Positions 30,304 through 41,182 of a DNA stretch of 64,000 nt are shown here, piece after piece. The stretch is from Candidatus Thorarchaeota archaeon SMTZ1-45. GTDB taxonomy: Archaea > Asgardarchaeota > Thorarchaeia > Thorarchaeales > Thorarchaeaceae. The stretch is from contig LRSL01000086.1 of the NCBI GenBank assembly GCA_001563335.1, positions 18,839 through 82,838 on the forward strand, given 5' to 3'. Position numbers and translations under genes: made by a program. Below the pieces are notes generated by a model, which ran no database searches, was not told the origin of the DNA, and worked only from the letters and a program-made list of their open reading frames with translations. How positions within the stretch are numbered: the first letter of the stretch is position 1; each line of letters starts with the position of its first letter.

Positions 30304-30423
30304 ATGGCTGTAGCGAAACAACCTAAGCAGGAATCAACCGTGATTGCTTCAAGCAATAGGGTGTCAGAATACAAGAAAGTTGTTGAGGACATGCGGATTA
30401 TAGCAAAACACTATGGAAGATAA
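30304..30423 (+). CDS. Putative 39-aa micropeptide (MAVAKQPKQESTVIASSNRVSEYKKVVEDMRIIAKHYGR)
   Basis: Manual translation; purine-rich site upstream; palindromic/direct-repeat motif gtatacaattgtat...gtatacaat about 40-60 nt upstream. Confidence 0.45.
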   Translation: MAVAKQPKQESTVIASSNRVSEYKKVVEDMRIIAKHYGR

Positions 30424-30441
30424 TTGTAGTTAAACTCCAGT

Positions 30442-31575
30442 CTACAAGACAAGTTTAGCCAAGATTGATTCGACCGACTCAATCTTAATTTTAGAGTCTA
30501 TGCTTGCGGCGCCATCACGTAGATTTCTAAGGCAAAAAGGACAAGCTGTAGCAAGAATTGATGCTTCGGTTGCTTTGGCTTCTTGAACCCGATTTGCAGC
30601 AATTGCTATTGAGTCCTCAACCTTTCCAGCACGGAAACCACCTCCAGCTCCACAGCATTTAGCAAACTTTCGATTCCACTCCATTTCGACAAGTCTAACT
30701 CCAGGTATAGATGAGAGCACCTGTCGAGGTGCGTCATAAAGCCCTGAGTGTCTACCGAGATGACAAGGATCATGGTACGTTATAGTAGCATTGAGAGGAC
30801 TAATCTTGAGCCTCTTCTGTTTGATTAGTTCTTGTAATAACTCAATAGTATGTGTAGTCTTGAACCTTGATTCATCATTCATTAAAAGCTTGAAGTCGTT
30901 AGAGAACATTCTATAGCAACCAGCACATGAAACCAGAATTTTGTCTGACTGCATACTCTCAAAGAGTGTGGTAATCCTCTTCGCTTGTTCAAAAGCTTGA
31001 AATTCATCGCCCACACGATATGCAGGAGAGCCACAGCATATCTGTTCATTTGGGATTCTGAAACTTACTCCTGCAGCTCTTAGGATTTTGAGTAAGGAGT
31101 CTATTTCTTCACTTTCTCTGTATATCTGGGTACATCCAAGAAACAAAGTATAATCTGCTGAACTTAGCTTAGATTCAGATAGAGATTGTAAGACCGTATC
31201 GCCCTCAGCTGAATTAGCTGAATAGGGATTGCCACTTTCACGGGTGCTCGTGCTGATTTTTCTGTAACCTTCAGGAGGAGCGACTCCCTGCTTACAGAGA
31301 ACTGCTTTCATCTCATGGATGGCTTCACTCTGATTATACCCACAAGCCACATCACAGAGACCGCAACTTGTGCACGCAAAAACTCGTTCAGCTATGGTTT
31401 CATCTAGTTGGAGTCTTCCCCTGAGTAAATGGTAAAGAATAGTCATCTTTCCCTTTGCTGCATAACTGTCTAATTGCATTTGGCTGTAGGCAGGGCAGTT
31501 TTCACGACAGAATCCACAACGTACATGCATACAAGCACGCGCCCAGTCCTCATATTTTTCGAGCCGGTCTATCAT
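30442..31575 (-). CDS. Fe-S oxidoreductase (GlcF/GlpC/HdrD-like, CCG domains)
   Basis: CGFCRENCP, CTSCGLCDVAC, CCGSP, YHDPCHLGR, CCGAGGG, ACPFC. Confidence 0.9.
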   Translation of the reverse strand: MIDRLEKYEDWARACMHVRCGFCRENCPAYSQMQLDSYAAKGKMTILYHLLRGRLQLDETIAERVFACTSCGLCDVACGYNQSEAIHEMKAVLCKQGVAPPEGYRKISTSTRESGNPYSANSAEGDTVLQSLSESKLSSADYTLFLGCTQIYRESEEIDSLLKILRAAGVSFRIPNEQICCGSPAYRVGDEFQAFEQAKRITTLFESMQSDKILVSCAGCYRMFSNDFKLLMNDESRFKTTHTIELLQELIKQKRLKISPLNATITYHDPCHLGRHSGLYDAPRQVLSSIPGVRLVEMEWNRKFAKCCGAGGGFRAGKVEDSIAIAANRVQEAKATEASILATACPFCLRNLRDGAASIDSKIKIESVESILAKLVL

Positions 31576-33014
31576 TAACTAAACCCCCTGTTTCCCCGAT
31601 TCAAAATGTTCTTTGGATCTAATAATGATTTCAGGTCCTTGAGAAGGTTCCAAGCAGAACCCAATTGGTCTTGAACCCAAGGTGAAGAACGTAATCCTAG
31701 TCCATTGGCATTTGAAAGACTGCCACCCATCTCTAGAGCTCGGCGATACATTCGCTCTTTAAACTGGAACCACTTGTCAATCTCACTCTTTCTTCGAGTA
31801 TCAACTGGTACGCTGAAATAAATGCAGAATGGAATAGGTCCTCTAGGACCACCAACAACAAACGCTCCAAAATCAATATCGACCCACCCAAACTCTCTTT
31901 TCAATTCATCACAAAAGTCGCTGAATTCTTGGAACTTACTGAGTGGTACACAGGCATCAACCAAATCAGGCTCATATTCAGTATGTGATAGGGCAAAATT
32001 ACTCTGATCAAAGGTGTCTTTTCCAATGTTGATAGAGTTCCACCATGACTGGGTAAGGTCTGAGGGTAGTCTATTTCCACCCTGTTTCTCAGAACATTTT
32101 GTTATGACCTTGAGTGTTGTATCCACCATTTCAGCACTACCAGACGCTCCAAATAGAACAGCCATTGAAATTTTATCAGGAATTGGTGTTTTTGCTCGCT
32201 CCATATATTGAACAAGAGACCTTCGATCAAACATAAAGACTGTTTCAGGCCAACATCCAGATGCATGAGCACTTTTGCAAGCCTCAATGGCTGTGGTTAT
32301 ATTAGAAAACCCGAAGCTTACCCGGTCCCGCATGGGAGGTTTGGGATATACTTTGAGTGTGGCTTCAGTGATGATACCAAAAGTACCTTCTGCACCAAGA
32401 AAGAGATTCAGGAGATTATGGGTTGGTAATGAGAGATAACTCTTACCTCCAATCCTGATTCTTTGGCCATCACTCATAATCACTTCCAATGCAAGAACCT
32501 GGTCGTACACATAACCGTACTTCGCGCCATAGATGCTGATACCCATACAGCTCAATGCTCCACCAATTGTTGAAGAGAGGCTACTCTCAGGATGGTGGGC
32601 AAAAAACACCCCTTTGTCTAGAGCTGCATTGTAAATTGCTTCAATGGTTGTACCTGCTTGAGCTGTGATGGTCAGGTTGTCAGTATCAACCTCTAGAACT
32701 CTATTTAGTCGCTTCATATCAAGTACAATTCCATGCGCGACAGCCAGTGGATTACCAGACATACTAGTTCCCCCACCCCAAGTATAGATTGGCACATTCA
32801 TTTGATTGGCGATTTTTACTACCTCAACAACTTCATCTGAAGTTCCTGGTTTGACAATGATGTCAGGTGTGTAATCGTCCGCAATTCCTTCAATTGAATA
32901 ATCTTTGGAATAGACCAATCTATCACATAACTCGCTACTTACATGTCTGTCGCCAGCTATCTCTATTAGCATCTTCTCAACAAGTGACAAATCTGTCATG
33001 AGTATCAATTCCAT
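31575..33014 (-). CDS. FAD-binding 2-hydroxyacid oxidoreductase (GlcD/LdhD-like)
   Basis: GGGTSMSG, STIGG, GAEGTFGIITE, DPKNILN. Confidence 0.88.
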   Translation of the reverse strand: MELILMTDLSLVEKMLIEIAGDRHVSSELCDRLVYSKDYSIEGIADDYTPDIIVKPGTSDEVVEVVKIANQMNVPIYTWGGGTSMSGNPLAVAHGIVLDMKRLNRVLEVDTDNLTITAQAGTTIEAIYNAALDKGVFFAHHPESSLSSTIGGALSCMGISIYGAKYGYVYDQVLALEVIMSDGQRIRIGGKSYLSLPTHNLLNLFLGAEGTFGIITEATLKVYPKPPMRDRVSFGFSNITTAIEACKSAHASGCWPETVFMFDRRSLVQYMERAKTPIPDKISMAVLFGASGSAEMVDTTLKVITKCSEKQGGNRLPSDLTQSWWNSINIGKDTFDQSNFALSHTEYEPDLVDACVPLSKFQEFSDFCDELKREFGWVDIDFGAFVVGGPRGPIPFCIYFSVPVDTRRKSEIDKWFQFKERMYRRALEMGGSLSNANGLGLRSSPWVQDQLGSAWNLLKDLKSLLDPKNILNRGNRGFS

Positions 33015-33209
33015 CGGTGGATGTCATTTCAGGAAGAGAGGGTGAATAATATCTCTACTGTAGGGACCATTATGTATGACTTATTGTATTTCAGCGTATA
33101 AATGACTGTGAAAACACATTTTATAGGACGAGTACATAGCTGAAATATCACTATAAGTGGTGTAACAATTGGTTTGTAGTGACCCCACCTCGGAATTGGA
33201 GAGGATAGT

Positions 33210-34268
33210 ATGGCAGCATCTCGCCGTTGGCAATTCAAGATCTGTCTAATTGGAGATGGCTATGTCGGGAAGACAAGTATTCGTCGAAAGTACCTAGGAC
33301 AGGGATTCAGGTCGAACTATATTCCATCATTGGGTGTTGATTTTGCACAAAAGACAGTAACGTACAATGGGGATGATGTTCGTTTGGTAATCTGGGACAT
33401 AGCTGGGCAACCACAATTCCAGAGCCTACGAAAGCGCTACTACGAGGGGTGTAGTGGTCTGATACTTGCTTATTCTGTGGTGGATAGAGAGTCATTCGAT
33501 AATGCTTCCAAATGGTTGGTCGAGGCGAAGGGATTTATGGAGGATTTTCCTGCTTTGATTATAGTAGGGAACAAAATCGATCTTCGGTCATATCATCCAA
33601 AAGAGAACATAATAACTTATGAAGAAGGTCTTGAGTTCACCAAGAAGTTCAGTGAACGACTAAACACTCCTGCCATCTTTATCGAAACCTCAGCATTGAC
33701 GGGGGAGAATATCGATAGGGCGTTTGACAAACTGACTAGGCTAATGATTAATCCAGAGGATTATCAGACAATTACTACGATGCATGAAGTACGTGTGGGG
33801 ACCGCTGAGCAAAGCCAACCCTCTGCGTCTAGTTCTTTAACGCCTACTATTTCAAGCAGTCAACCTGTTATAGAAATGCCATCTGTTGAAGAGTCAGTAA
33901 TAGCTCAAGAGGATGAGGTTGCACTAACCATGACCCATTTGATCGAGCTCCGCGGAAAGCTGAAGAAGGCTGAAGAAGAGTTCCGTGATTACTCGTTGGA
34001 AGTCGAAACCAAGCTTCTTACACTCAGGAACACTGTTCATGTAAAGAAAATAATGTACGAGCATCTAAGAGAACAGCTAACTCAAACTAGGCAGGAGTGG
34101 GCAGATGCCTATGACCAGCATGTTAAGTTGGACCAAGAGAAGAAACAGGAAATAGAGAAACGATTGGCTCATATTGCTAAGATTAGAGACCAAATCGATG
34201 AGATTGAAACATCAATCAAGAAACAAGTAAGCAAACTGGATTTAGGTAAAAGTATGGACCAATTATAG
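33210..34268 (+). CDS. Rab-like small GTPase with Ser/Pro linker and C-terminal coiled coil
   Basis: G1 GDGYVGKT, G3 IWDIAGQ, G4 GNKID, G5 ETSAL; about 110-aa heptad-rich C-terminus. Confidence 0.9.
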   Translation: MAASRRWQFKICLIGDGYVGKTSIRRKYLGQGFRSNYIPSLGVDFAQKTVTYNGDDVRLVIWDIAGQPQFQSLRKRYYEGCSGLILAYSVVDRESFDNASKWLVEAKGFMEDFPALIIVGNKIDLRSYHPKENIITYEEGLEFTKKFSERLNTPAIFIETSALTGENIDRAFDKLTRLMINPEDYQTITTMHEVRVGTAEQSQPSASSSLTPTISSSQPVIEMPSVEESVIAQEDEVALTMTHLIELRGKLKKAEEEFRDYSLEVETKLLTLRNTVHVKKIMYEHLREQLTQTRQEWADAYDQHVKLDQEKKQEIEKRLAHIAKIRDQIDEIETSIKKQVSKLDLGKSMDQL

Positions 34269-34366
34269 TAATTTTTGAATTTCCATGAAGCACAGGTGTA
34301 TGGTTTAAACTGAAAGTACTTTAACCAGAAGACAATGGTTCACGTTATCAAGGACCGTTACTATTC

Positions 34367-35668
34367 TTGTCAGAGAAGCATCACGAACTAATCGATCAGA
34401 AAGTTCGAAATTCAAATCACGAGGGAAATGTCCTCACTGTGCTTAATCTCTCTCTAGTGACATTCCTAGTTCTCCTTGGTCTAAGCATGGTTGCTCCAAT
34501 TCTACCAACCTATGCAGAGAGTTTTCAAGTATCATACACCCTCGTAGGTTTCGTAGTTTCATCCTTTGCTGTAACACGAATGGTTCTCGACATGCCTGCA
34601 GGACTACTCTCAAGAAGATTCGACAAGAAGAAAATAATGATTTCAGGATTGGTACTCATTTCAACTTCATCAATACTTGCTGGTTTTGCCCCCAACTATG
34701 GCACACTTGTAATCGCGCGTATGATAGAAGGCGCAGGCTCAGCGCTATACGTCACTACAGCCACAGTGTTCCTAGCTCAAATATCAGGAGAGGAGAAAAG
34801 GGGGCAGTGGATGAGTTTGTATATGGGCATGTTGCTTCTCGGAGCAATCTTTGGACCAACATTTGGAGGGGTTCTTGCAGACACTTACGATATTCGAGCC
34901 CCCTTCTTTGCTTATGCAATAATTACAGGCCTTGGTGTGTTTCCAACAATAACGCTGCCAAAACTAGCTAATTCTGGGAATGCATCTTCATCTCTTAAGA
35001 GAGGCGAGATCCTAAGAGACATGAGAGAAGTTCTATCCACACCTTCATTTCTTCTAGTGACCTTTGCAGTCTTCACAACATTCTTTCTACGTACAGGAGT
35101 ACGAACTACACTAGTACCGCTATTTGCCGCTAATAATCTGGGTCTTGATTCGGGTGCCATCGGTCTAGTACTTACGATTGGGGGGATAACGACTGCAATT
35201 ACAATCACGCCCATGGGAAGTGTTTCAGACAGAATTGGGAGAAAGATTCCTCTAGCATTATGTCTCGTTTTGACTGCAGCTATCACTCTGGTGATTCCAT
35301 TTTCTACGGATTTGCTAACATTATCAATTTCCCTAGGAATATATGGAGCCGTAATTGGTTTCTCAGGACCCAGCGCGGCTTATGTGACTGATTTATCACC
35401 ACCGGATAAACTAGAAATATCCATGGGACTCTATCGCATGATCAGTGATTTCGGATTCGTTGTTGGACCGCTTCTGCTTGGTTTCATAGCTGACTTGACA
35501 GCTACACCAGTGGGTGGGGAGCCTCATTCTGGACTCATTGGCATGTTTCCCTTCTTGATAGCCTCAATTATTCTCATAGTTGCCTTCTTTGTACTTTTAC
35601 GAGCTGATGATCCAGCAAGAGATAGAAGACAAAATGCCGTACTAAAGAGTGACTTACAACTCATTTGA
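34367..35668 (+). CDS. MFS transporter (DHA1-like)
   Basis: About 12 TM segments; GSVSDRIGRK; GPTFGG. Confidence 0.9.
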   Translation: MSEKHHELIDQKVRNSNHEGNVLTVLNLSLVTFLVLLGLSMVAPILPTYAESFQVSYTLVGFVVSSFAVTRMVLDMPAGLLSRRFDKKKIMISGLVLISTSSILAGFAPNYGTLVIARMIEGAGSALYVTTATVFLAQISGEEKRGQWMSLYMGMLLLGAIFGPTFGGVLADTYDIRAPFFAYAIITGLGVFPTITLPKLANSGNASSSLKRGEILRDMREVLSTPSFLLVTFAVFTTFFLRTGVRTTLVPLFAANNLGLDSGAIGLVLTIGGITTAITITPMGSVSDRIGRKIPLALCLVLTAAITLVIPFSTDLLTLSISLGIYGAVIGFSGPSAAYVTDLSPPDKLEISMGLYRMISDFGFVVGPLLLGFIADLTATPVGGEPHSGLIGMFPFLIASIILIVAFFVLLRADDPARDRRQNAVLKSDLQLI

Positions 35669-35752
35669 ACAGATCAATTTCTATAATTAATTGGATTTAT
35701 CTCAGTTGATAGTGATTCTACTTAGAACTATCCTCTTTTATACACGCGAGCT

Positions 35753-36250
35753 TTGATGAGGGATATGGAGGACTTAGAAATGCATGAGGAGGAACTAAGA
35801 GAACTCATCACAGAAATTCGTGCCGCACGATCAAACCCAAAGAAGCTAAAGACTCTGCTTAACAAGTATGAGAATGAATTTGGAACTCAAGCAGAGAAAC
35901 GAGTTCTGGAGATCATCGCTGAAGATACTGAGAAGTCATGGGTGGGAATTGCTGAGGAAAGAGAGAATAATGACATTCAGGGCATCCTTGATACATTATG
36001 GGAGTCCTTTGAACGAGTGGGAGGAGAGTTCACTGTCAAGAGGACAAAAGATTCAGCACAGATTCACTGTACAAAGTGCCCAATGGCTGACACGTACCTC
36101 AAGATTGGAAAGCCTGAGTATGGATTGATTTTTCATTGCAGTACTGATCCACACATTGTAGCCGGATTCAATCCGAAGATGGAGTTTAGAATCACAAAGA
36201 GGCTCATGACTGGGGATGAGTGTTGCAATCATTATTATCGTTTGAAATGA
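35753..36250 (+). CDS. L-2-amino-thiazoline-4-carboxylic acid hydrolase-like (V4R-type) protein
   Basis: CP.A...C..D....GFNP......LM.GDECC.H.Y pattern. Confidence 0.75.
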   Translation: MMRDMEDLEMHEEELRELITEIRAARSNPKKLKTLLNKYENEFGTQAEKRVLEIIAEDTEKSWVGIAEERENNDIQGILDTLWESFERVGGEFTVKRTKDSAQIHCTKCPMADTYLKIGKPEYGLIFHCSTDPHIVAGFNPKMEFRITKRLMTGDECCNHYYRLK

Positions 36251-36334
36251 CATCTCCAAATGTGAAAGTCTGAAGAATGCTAGCAGATGAAAATCCAAAA
36301 ACCTCATTATTGATGAATGTGAATAGTGTAGAAC

Positions 36335-36877
36335 ATGTCATTAGAAGGGTATCCTAATTGGATTCGAGGTATTGATGTATTTATTGGACTCGTTACAATC
36401 ATTGTAGGAGCCTGGATCTTATTAAGTCCAGATCTTGTTGAAGCCACTTTAGTACTCGCGATGGCTATTGGTCTTTTTCTAATCGGTGTGGTAAGATTTG
36501 GGAAAGGTATCACCATGAGTGGCTTGACAATGACAAGCCGTGCCATGAAGATATTGAGTGGTATTGGAGCAATTGTCCTCTCGATTCTTTCTTTTATATT
36601 TAGTAGTTTGACGATAGTAGCCTTGATTTCATTACTAACCTTCGCAATAATGATACTAGGAATTTCAAGGATTGTTGTTGGGTATAATGAGAAGACATTA
36701 TCGGCTTGGGTGAGATGGATGAATATTCTTGGTGGAGGAATTGTATTCTTCTTTGGATTCTTTGCAGCAATTCTTTCAGGTTTAGGATTCTTTACACTTA
36801 GGCTGCTGATATCTTGTGCGTTTATGGTCCTAGGACTTATCCGAATTGCAGCTGCATCGAAAGGGGAGTTGACGTAG
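36335..36877 (+). CDS. HdeD/DUF308-like membrane protein
   Basis: Six short Gly-rich TM helices in repeated pairs. Confidence 0.75.
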   Translation: MSLEGYPNWIRGIDVFIGLVTIIVGAWILLSPDLVEATLVLAMAIGLFLIGVVRFGKGITMSGLTMTSRAMKILSGIGAIVLSILSFIFSSLTIVALISLLTFAIMILGISRIVVGYNEKTLSAWVRWMNILGGGIVFFFGFFAAILSGLGFFTLRLLISCAFMVLGLIRIAAASKGELT

Positions 36878-36901
36878 AAAGAAAAAGAGAGAGAGGATTG
36901 T

Positions 36902-37489
36902 ATGCCAACTAAAGAAAAAGGTGCACGCATTCCACAAAGAAGTGCATATACAGTGAAGAATTTGCTTGGGGATCTCAAGAAACTCAAACTGACACCAAGC
37001 ACACTCTACACTGTCGGAACTGAAATCATCTACTTCGAGTGGACACAAGCTCGTGAAGAATTAGGGGAGCAGGATGAGATTACTATACATCTTGAGGAAC
37101 TTATGAGATTCATGCAAACAGATTATGAAAGACGGCTCTTACAGGGCGAATTAAGACGCGAAAAGGATACTCCTAACGAAGCAATTAACACTTTTCTTAA
37201 AGAAACACCTATTGAGTTTCAGTCTTATGTGCTCAAAAGACCTGGACCTTTTGTACAAGGAGTATTGCAAGCAATGCATACTCAAAGTGAGAGAGAGATA
37301 GCACGTTACAAAAGAACAGAGAACGGAATTCGTAAAGAGTTAGAAGAACATCCAAAAGATCCTGAGTTGTGGAATCATCTTCGTCTTGTGCTTTGGATTA
37401 TTGGTCAATATGATGACGCAAGTGATGCGTATAAACGAGCCAAAATATTCGGATGGGACAAGACTAAGTCAAAGATTGTTGGAATATAG
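36902..37489 (+). CDS. Hypothetical protein with C-terminal TPR
   Basis: PKDPELWNHL..VL...GQYDDA..AYKRA. Confidence 0.7.
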   Translation: MPTKEKGARIPQRSAYTVKNLLGDLKKLKLTPSTLYTVGTEIIYFEWTQAREELGEQDEITIHLEELMRFMQTDYERRLLQGELRREKDTPNEAINTFLKETPIEFQSYVLKRPGPFVQGVLQAMHTQSEREIARYKRTENGIRKELEEHPKDPELWNHLRLVLWIIGQYDDASDAYKRAKIFGWDKTKSKIVGI

Positions 37490-37578
37490 CATTAGCCCTC
37501 TCAAATACCTGATTGGAATCGGTGGGTTTGAATACATCTTATGTTCTTGATATATCTAAACCAGAAGGAGGTTTTTGA

Positions 37579-37995
37579 ATGACATCAAAAGAATTAATGG
37601 AAATGTTGAATCAAGCTATTGCGAGAGAGATACAAGTAAGTATACAATATATGTGGCAGCATGTCAGGATTTATGGATTTGACCATCTAGCAATTGCTGA
37701 AGAGCTGAAGAAAACTGCAATCGCAGAGATGAAACATGCTGAGAGCATTGCAGAGAGAGGTGACTATCTTGGGGGTGTTCCTACCACGACTCCGGCAATA
37801 ATAACAGTTGTAAACAAACCACAAGAAATGATCACTCTTGATATGCATGCAGAGGAGGAGGCTATTGAACTTTACAAGAAGATTATAGAGCGTGCAGATG
37901 AAGAGAAAGACTATGTGACTCGAGAACTTTTTGAGAACATACTCTCAGATGAGGAAGATCATCACAACGTGTTCAGGACTTTACTTGAGAAGTAG
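37579..37995 (+). CDS. Bacterioferritin-like ferritin-family protein
   Basis: E...QY, EMKHAE, E..AI..Y, DEEDH ferroxidase ligands. Confidence 0.88.
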   Translation: MTSKELMEMLNQAIAREIQVSIQYMWQHVRIYGFDHLAIAEELKKTAIAEMKHAESIAERGDYLGGVPTTTPAIITVVNKPQEMITLDMHAEEEAIELYKKIIERADEEKDYVTRELFENILSDEEDHHNVFRTLLEK

Positions 37996-38011
37996 AGAGC
38001 TAGAATAACAT

Positions 38012-40522
38012 TCAAAATTCAGCATATCTGTAGAAGACCCACTTGACAAGTTCAGTGGAGATTACATAGAGAATAGCAATTGCTAGAAGAATACCTATGA
38101 CAAACAAAGACAAAGGAGTGAAACTAAGAATCAAAGCAGCAGGTGAATATGGCAAGAAAAGAACAATCAGTAATACTGCAATTGATGAGCCAAAAAGACG
38201 TTTGCTTGGTCTACTCTTCCAGAAGAGTCTTCGTGTCCTGATTACAAGCATTATGAGCAATTCGGTTATAACAGACAGGACAAACCATCCTGTCTGAAAT
38301 AGAGTTTCTGTTGAGTGGAGTAATAGTAGAAAGACTGCGAATGTGAGAAGATCAAATAGTGTGCTCTGCAGACCAAAGGTGGCCATAAACTGCGTTATAA
38401 AGCGTATATTCCATCTTCGTGGTTTGTCTATTAATTCCTCATCCACATCGTCAGTTGAAATTGTAGTCGCAGGAAAGTCTGTTAGCAAGTTGATTGTGAG
38501 TATTTGTTTGGGTAGCAATGGTAAGAATGGTAGGATTAGGGAGGCAAATGCCATGCTAAACATATTACCAAAATTTGCACTTGTTGTGACAAAGATGTAT
38601 TTCATCGTATTGGCAAATGTCTTTCTGCCAGAATCAACACCTTTGATTAATACATCAAGATTCTTCTCAAGGAGAACAATCTCTGCAGCCTGTTTGGCAA
38701 CGTCAACCGCTCCTTCAACGGATATGCCGACATCAGCTGCATGGATTGCAGACGCATCATTTATGCCATCTCCCATGAATCCGACTACATATCCTGATTT
38801 CCTAAGTGAAAGAATTACACGCTCCTTTTGATTCGGTTCCACTTCTGCAAATATGTCTGTTTGACCTGCTTGCACCATTAATGCTTCGTCACTCATTTGA
38901 CGTAATTGTGTTCCTGTAATGATCTTTGGTTGTGCTATACCTATTTGGGTTGCCAGATTCGTGGCGACGAGCTTGTTATCACCGGTTATCATTTTGAACT
39001 GAATCATTCGATCCTGCAGGTTGGCAATTACTCGGTCAATTCCAGGTTTCGGAGGGTCATAAAGTACAATGAAACCCAAGAAGGTCATATCTGATTCGAA
39101 GCTTCGGTCAATCGTTTCTACCAATCCAACATTTCGATAAGCAACCCCTATGGTTCGATAGCCCTGACTGCTGAAATCCGCCAGTTTTGCTAGTATTCTG
39201 CTTTTTGCTTCTTCAACAGACATTGTCACATTTGAATTAATTTGTACTTGAGAGCACACGTCCAGTACATTTTGAACAGCACCTTTTGTAATTAGAATGT
39301 TAACTCCGTCTTCAGCAATCAAGATACTGAGTTTCTTGCGCACGAAATCAAATGGCAATTCGTCAGATTTAGAATAGTTATGAACATCAAAATTGCTGCT
39401 CTTTATTATCGCTTCGTCAATTGGATTAGTATATCCGCTCTGATAGTAGGCATTGAGATAGGCATAGAAACGGACTTGGTCGTTTGGATTCCCCTCAATG
39501 TCCACAGATGAATGAACTACAACCCGTCCTTCTGTTACTGTCCCTGTTTTGTCAGAACACAAGAGATTCATAGATCCAAAGTCCTCGATGGAATTGAGAC
39601 GTTTGACAATTACCTTTTCATTTGCCATCTGCTGTGCACCTTTTGCAAGGTTAATACTTATGACAGCAGGCAGTAGTTGTGGTGTAATACCTACAGCAAG
39701 AGCTAGAGCGAACATCAATGAATCAAATACAGGTCGATTGGAGTAGACATTGAGTGCAAAAATCGCAACTATGAAGATTAGGGTGAGCTCCATTAATAAA
39801 TATCCGAATCTCGTTATCCCCCTCTCGAATTCTGTCACTGGAGGCTTGACTCTTAGCCTTTCTGAAATCTCTCCCAATTGGGTCTGCAATCCAGTAAGGA
39901 CGACTACTGCTTTCCCGGTGCCGCTTACAACACTTGTTCCCATAAACAAAGCATTTTGTCGTAAATCTGACTCTTTCAATTCCTGAGATTGTTGTTTCTT
40001 TTCAGCAGGAAATGTTTCTCCTGTCAAAGCTGCTTCATTCACATAGAAATCCTTAGAGTCCAATATTCTGCAGTCGCCAGGAATGATGTCACCGGCATTA
40101 AGGATTACAATGTCACCTGGAACTATCTGTTCCAGAGGAACTTCGATTTCACCTTGATCTCTTAGAACTGCAACACGAATCTTAATCATTTCAAGGAGCT
40201 TTTCTACAGCATCAGTAGTCGTTTTTTCTTGCCAAAACCCAAGGCTACTACTCAAAACCAAGATGCCCGCAATTATCAGACCGTCAATATTGTCGCTCGT
40301 TGCAAAAGCTAGAATTGAAGAAAATAGAAGAATAAGGATTATTGGACTTTTGAATTGACTAGCAAGTATAGAGAGAGCGTCTGTTCTTTTTTTTGGCTTC
40401 AGCCTGTTAGGTCCATATTTGGCCAGTCTATCTTTTGCCTCTTCTGATGTGAGACCTATGGTAGTTGTACCAAGTTCTTGAATTAAGACATTCAAGTCTT
40501 CAGTCCAGAGGTCAACCCCCAT
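38012..40522 (-). CDS. mgtA: Mg2+-transporting P-type ATPase
   Basis: LTGE, ALAVGITPQLLP, DKTGT, TGDN, GDGIND, SANFGNMFS. Confidence 0.92.
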   Translation of the reverse strand: MGVDLWTEDLNVLIQELGTTTIGLTSEEAKDRLAKYGPNRLKPKKRTDALSILASQFKSPIILILLFSSILAFATSDNIDGLIIAGILVLSSSLGFWQEKTTTDAVEKLLEMIKIRVAVLRDQGEIEVPLEQIVPGDIVILNAGDIIPGDCRILDSKDFYVNEAALTGETFPAEKKQQSQELKESDLRQNALFMGTSVVSGTGKAVVVLTGLQTQLGEISERLRVKPPVTEFERGITRFGYLLMELTLIFIVAIFALNVYSNRPVFDSLMFALALAVGITPQLLPAVISINLAKGAQQMANEKVIVKRLNSIEDFGSMNLLCSDKTGTVTEGRVVVHSSVDIEGNPNDQVRFYAYLNAYYQSGYTNPIDEAIIKSSNFDVHNYSKSDELPFDFVRKKLSILIAEDGVNILITKGAVQNVLDVCSQVQINSNVTMSVEEAKSRILAKLADFSSQGYRTIGVAYRNVGLVETIDRSFESDMTFLGFIVLYDPPKPGIDRVIANLQDRMIQFKMITGDNKLVATNLATQIGIAQPKIITGTQLRQMSDEALMVQAGQTDIFAEVEPNQKERVILSLRKSGYVVGFMGDGINDASAIHAADVGISVEGAVDVAKQAAEIVLLEKNLDVLIKGVDSGRKTFANTMKYIFVTTSANFGNMFSMAFASLILPFLPLLPKQILTINLLTDFPATTISTDDVDEELIDKPRRWNIRFITQFMATFGLQSTLFDLLTFAVFLLLLHSTETLFQTGWFVLSVITELLIMLVIRTRRLFWKSRPSKRLFGSSIAVLLIVLFLPYSPAALILSFTPLSLFVIGILLAIAILYVISTELVKWVFYRYAEF

Positions 40523-40665
40523 TCAGCTCACTCAACAATCTTAAGGCAATCTATCATTTATGCATTAGGATTGTGATAGATAAAAGTAGATTTCTTAAAG
40601 TCATAAGGAGAGAGCTGTCGTTGAGCTCATTTAGCAAGTTTTTCTTTTCAGTTGCAAGACCATAA

Positions 40666-41076
40666 CTATCCGATTCTTTTGCGCACTCGTTCAGCAGCTC
40701 TCGCACGTGTATGTTCAGCCATATATATCATTGAAAACAGAATACCTCCAATCACAAGAAAGAAGGCATCTGGTATTAGGAGGCTTTCCATTGCTAATGT
40801 TATACATATTGGGATAAAATGCAAGAATGCAAGTAGCAGGACAACATAATGATTTTCTAATCTTCCTCCAAATACGCCAATGGCAAGCAAAACTATTAGA
40901 CTGGATAAAGACACGAGAGTTAGAATGATTTGAAGATTGACCAAGATTGCTGTGAATGTAATCTGCTGTATCAAAGTGATTAACCAGTTACCATATATTC
41001 CAATGACGATTCCCTCAAATAACATCAGTTGTTCGTTCCTAGTTACATTTTGATTTGATTGGTCAGATGAGGTCAT
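40666..41076 (-). CDS. Hypothetical membrane protein
   Basis: Four hydrophobic segments. Confidence 0.65.
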   Translation of the reverse strand: MTSSDQSNQNVTRNEQLMLFEGIVIGIYGNWLITLIQQITFTAILVNLQIILTLVSLSSLIVLLAIGVFGGRLENHYVVLLLAFLHFIPICITLAMESLLIPDAFFLVIGGILFSMIYMAEHTRARAAERVRKRIG

Positions 41077-41182
41077 GACGAAGATTTCTCCAAAGAAATC
41101 GGATGGAAAATGAGATTAAATCTTATCCCTCAACCTTACCTAGATTTAGTAATGCTCTCCAAAAGAATCAGGCTGGAAGCCC

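Noticed and set aside
36307-37002. 231-aa minus-strand ORF
   Set aside because: Antisense shadow of the DUF308-like membrane gene.
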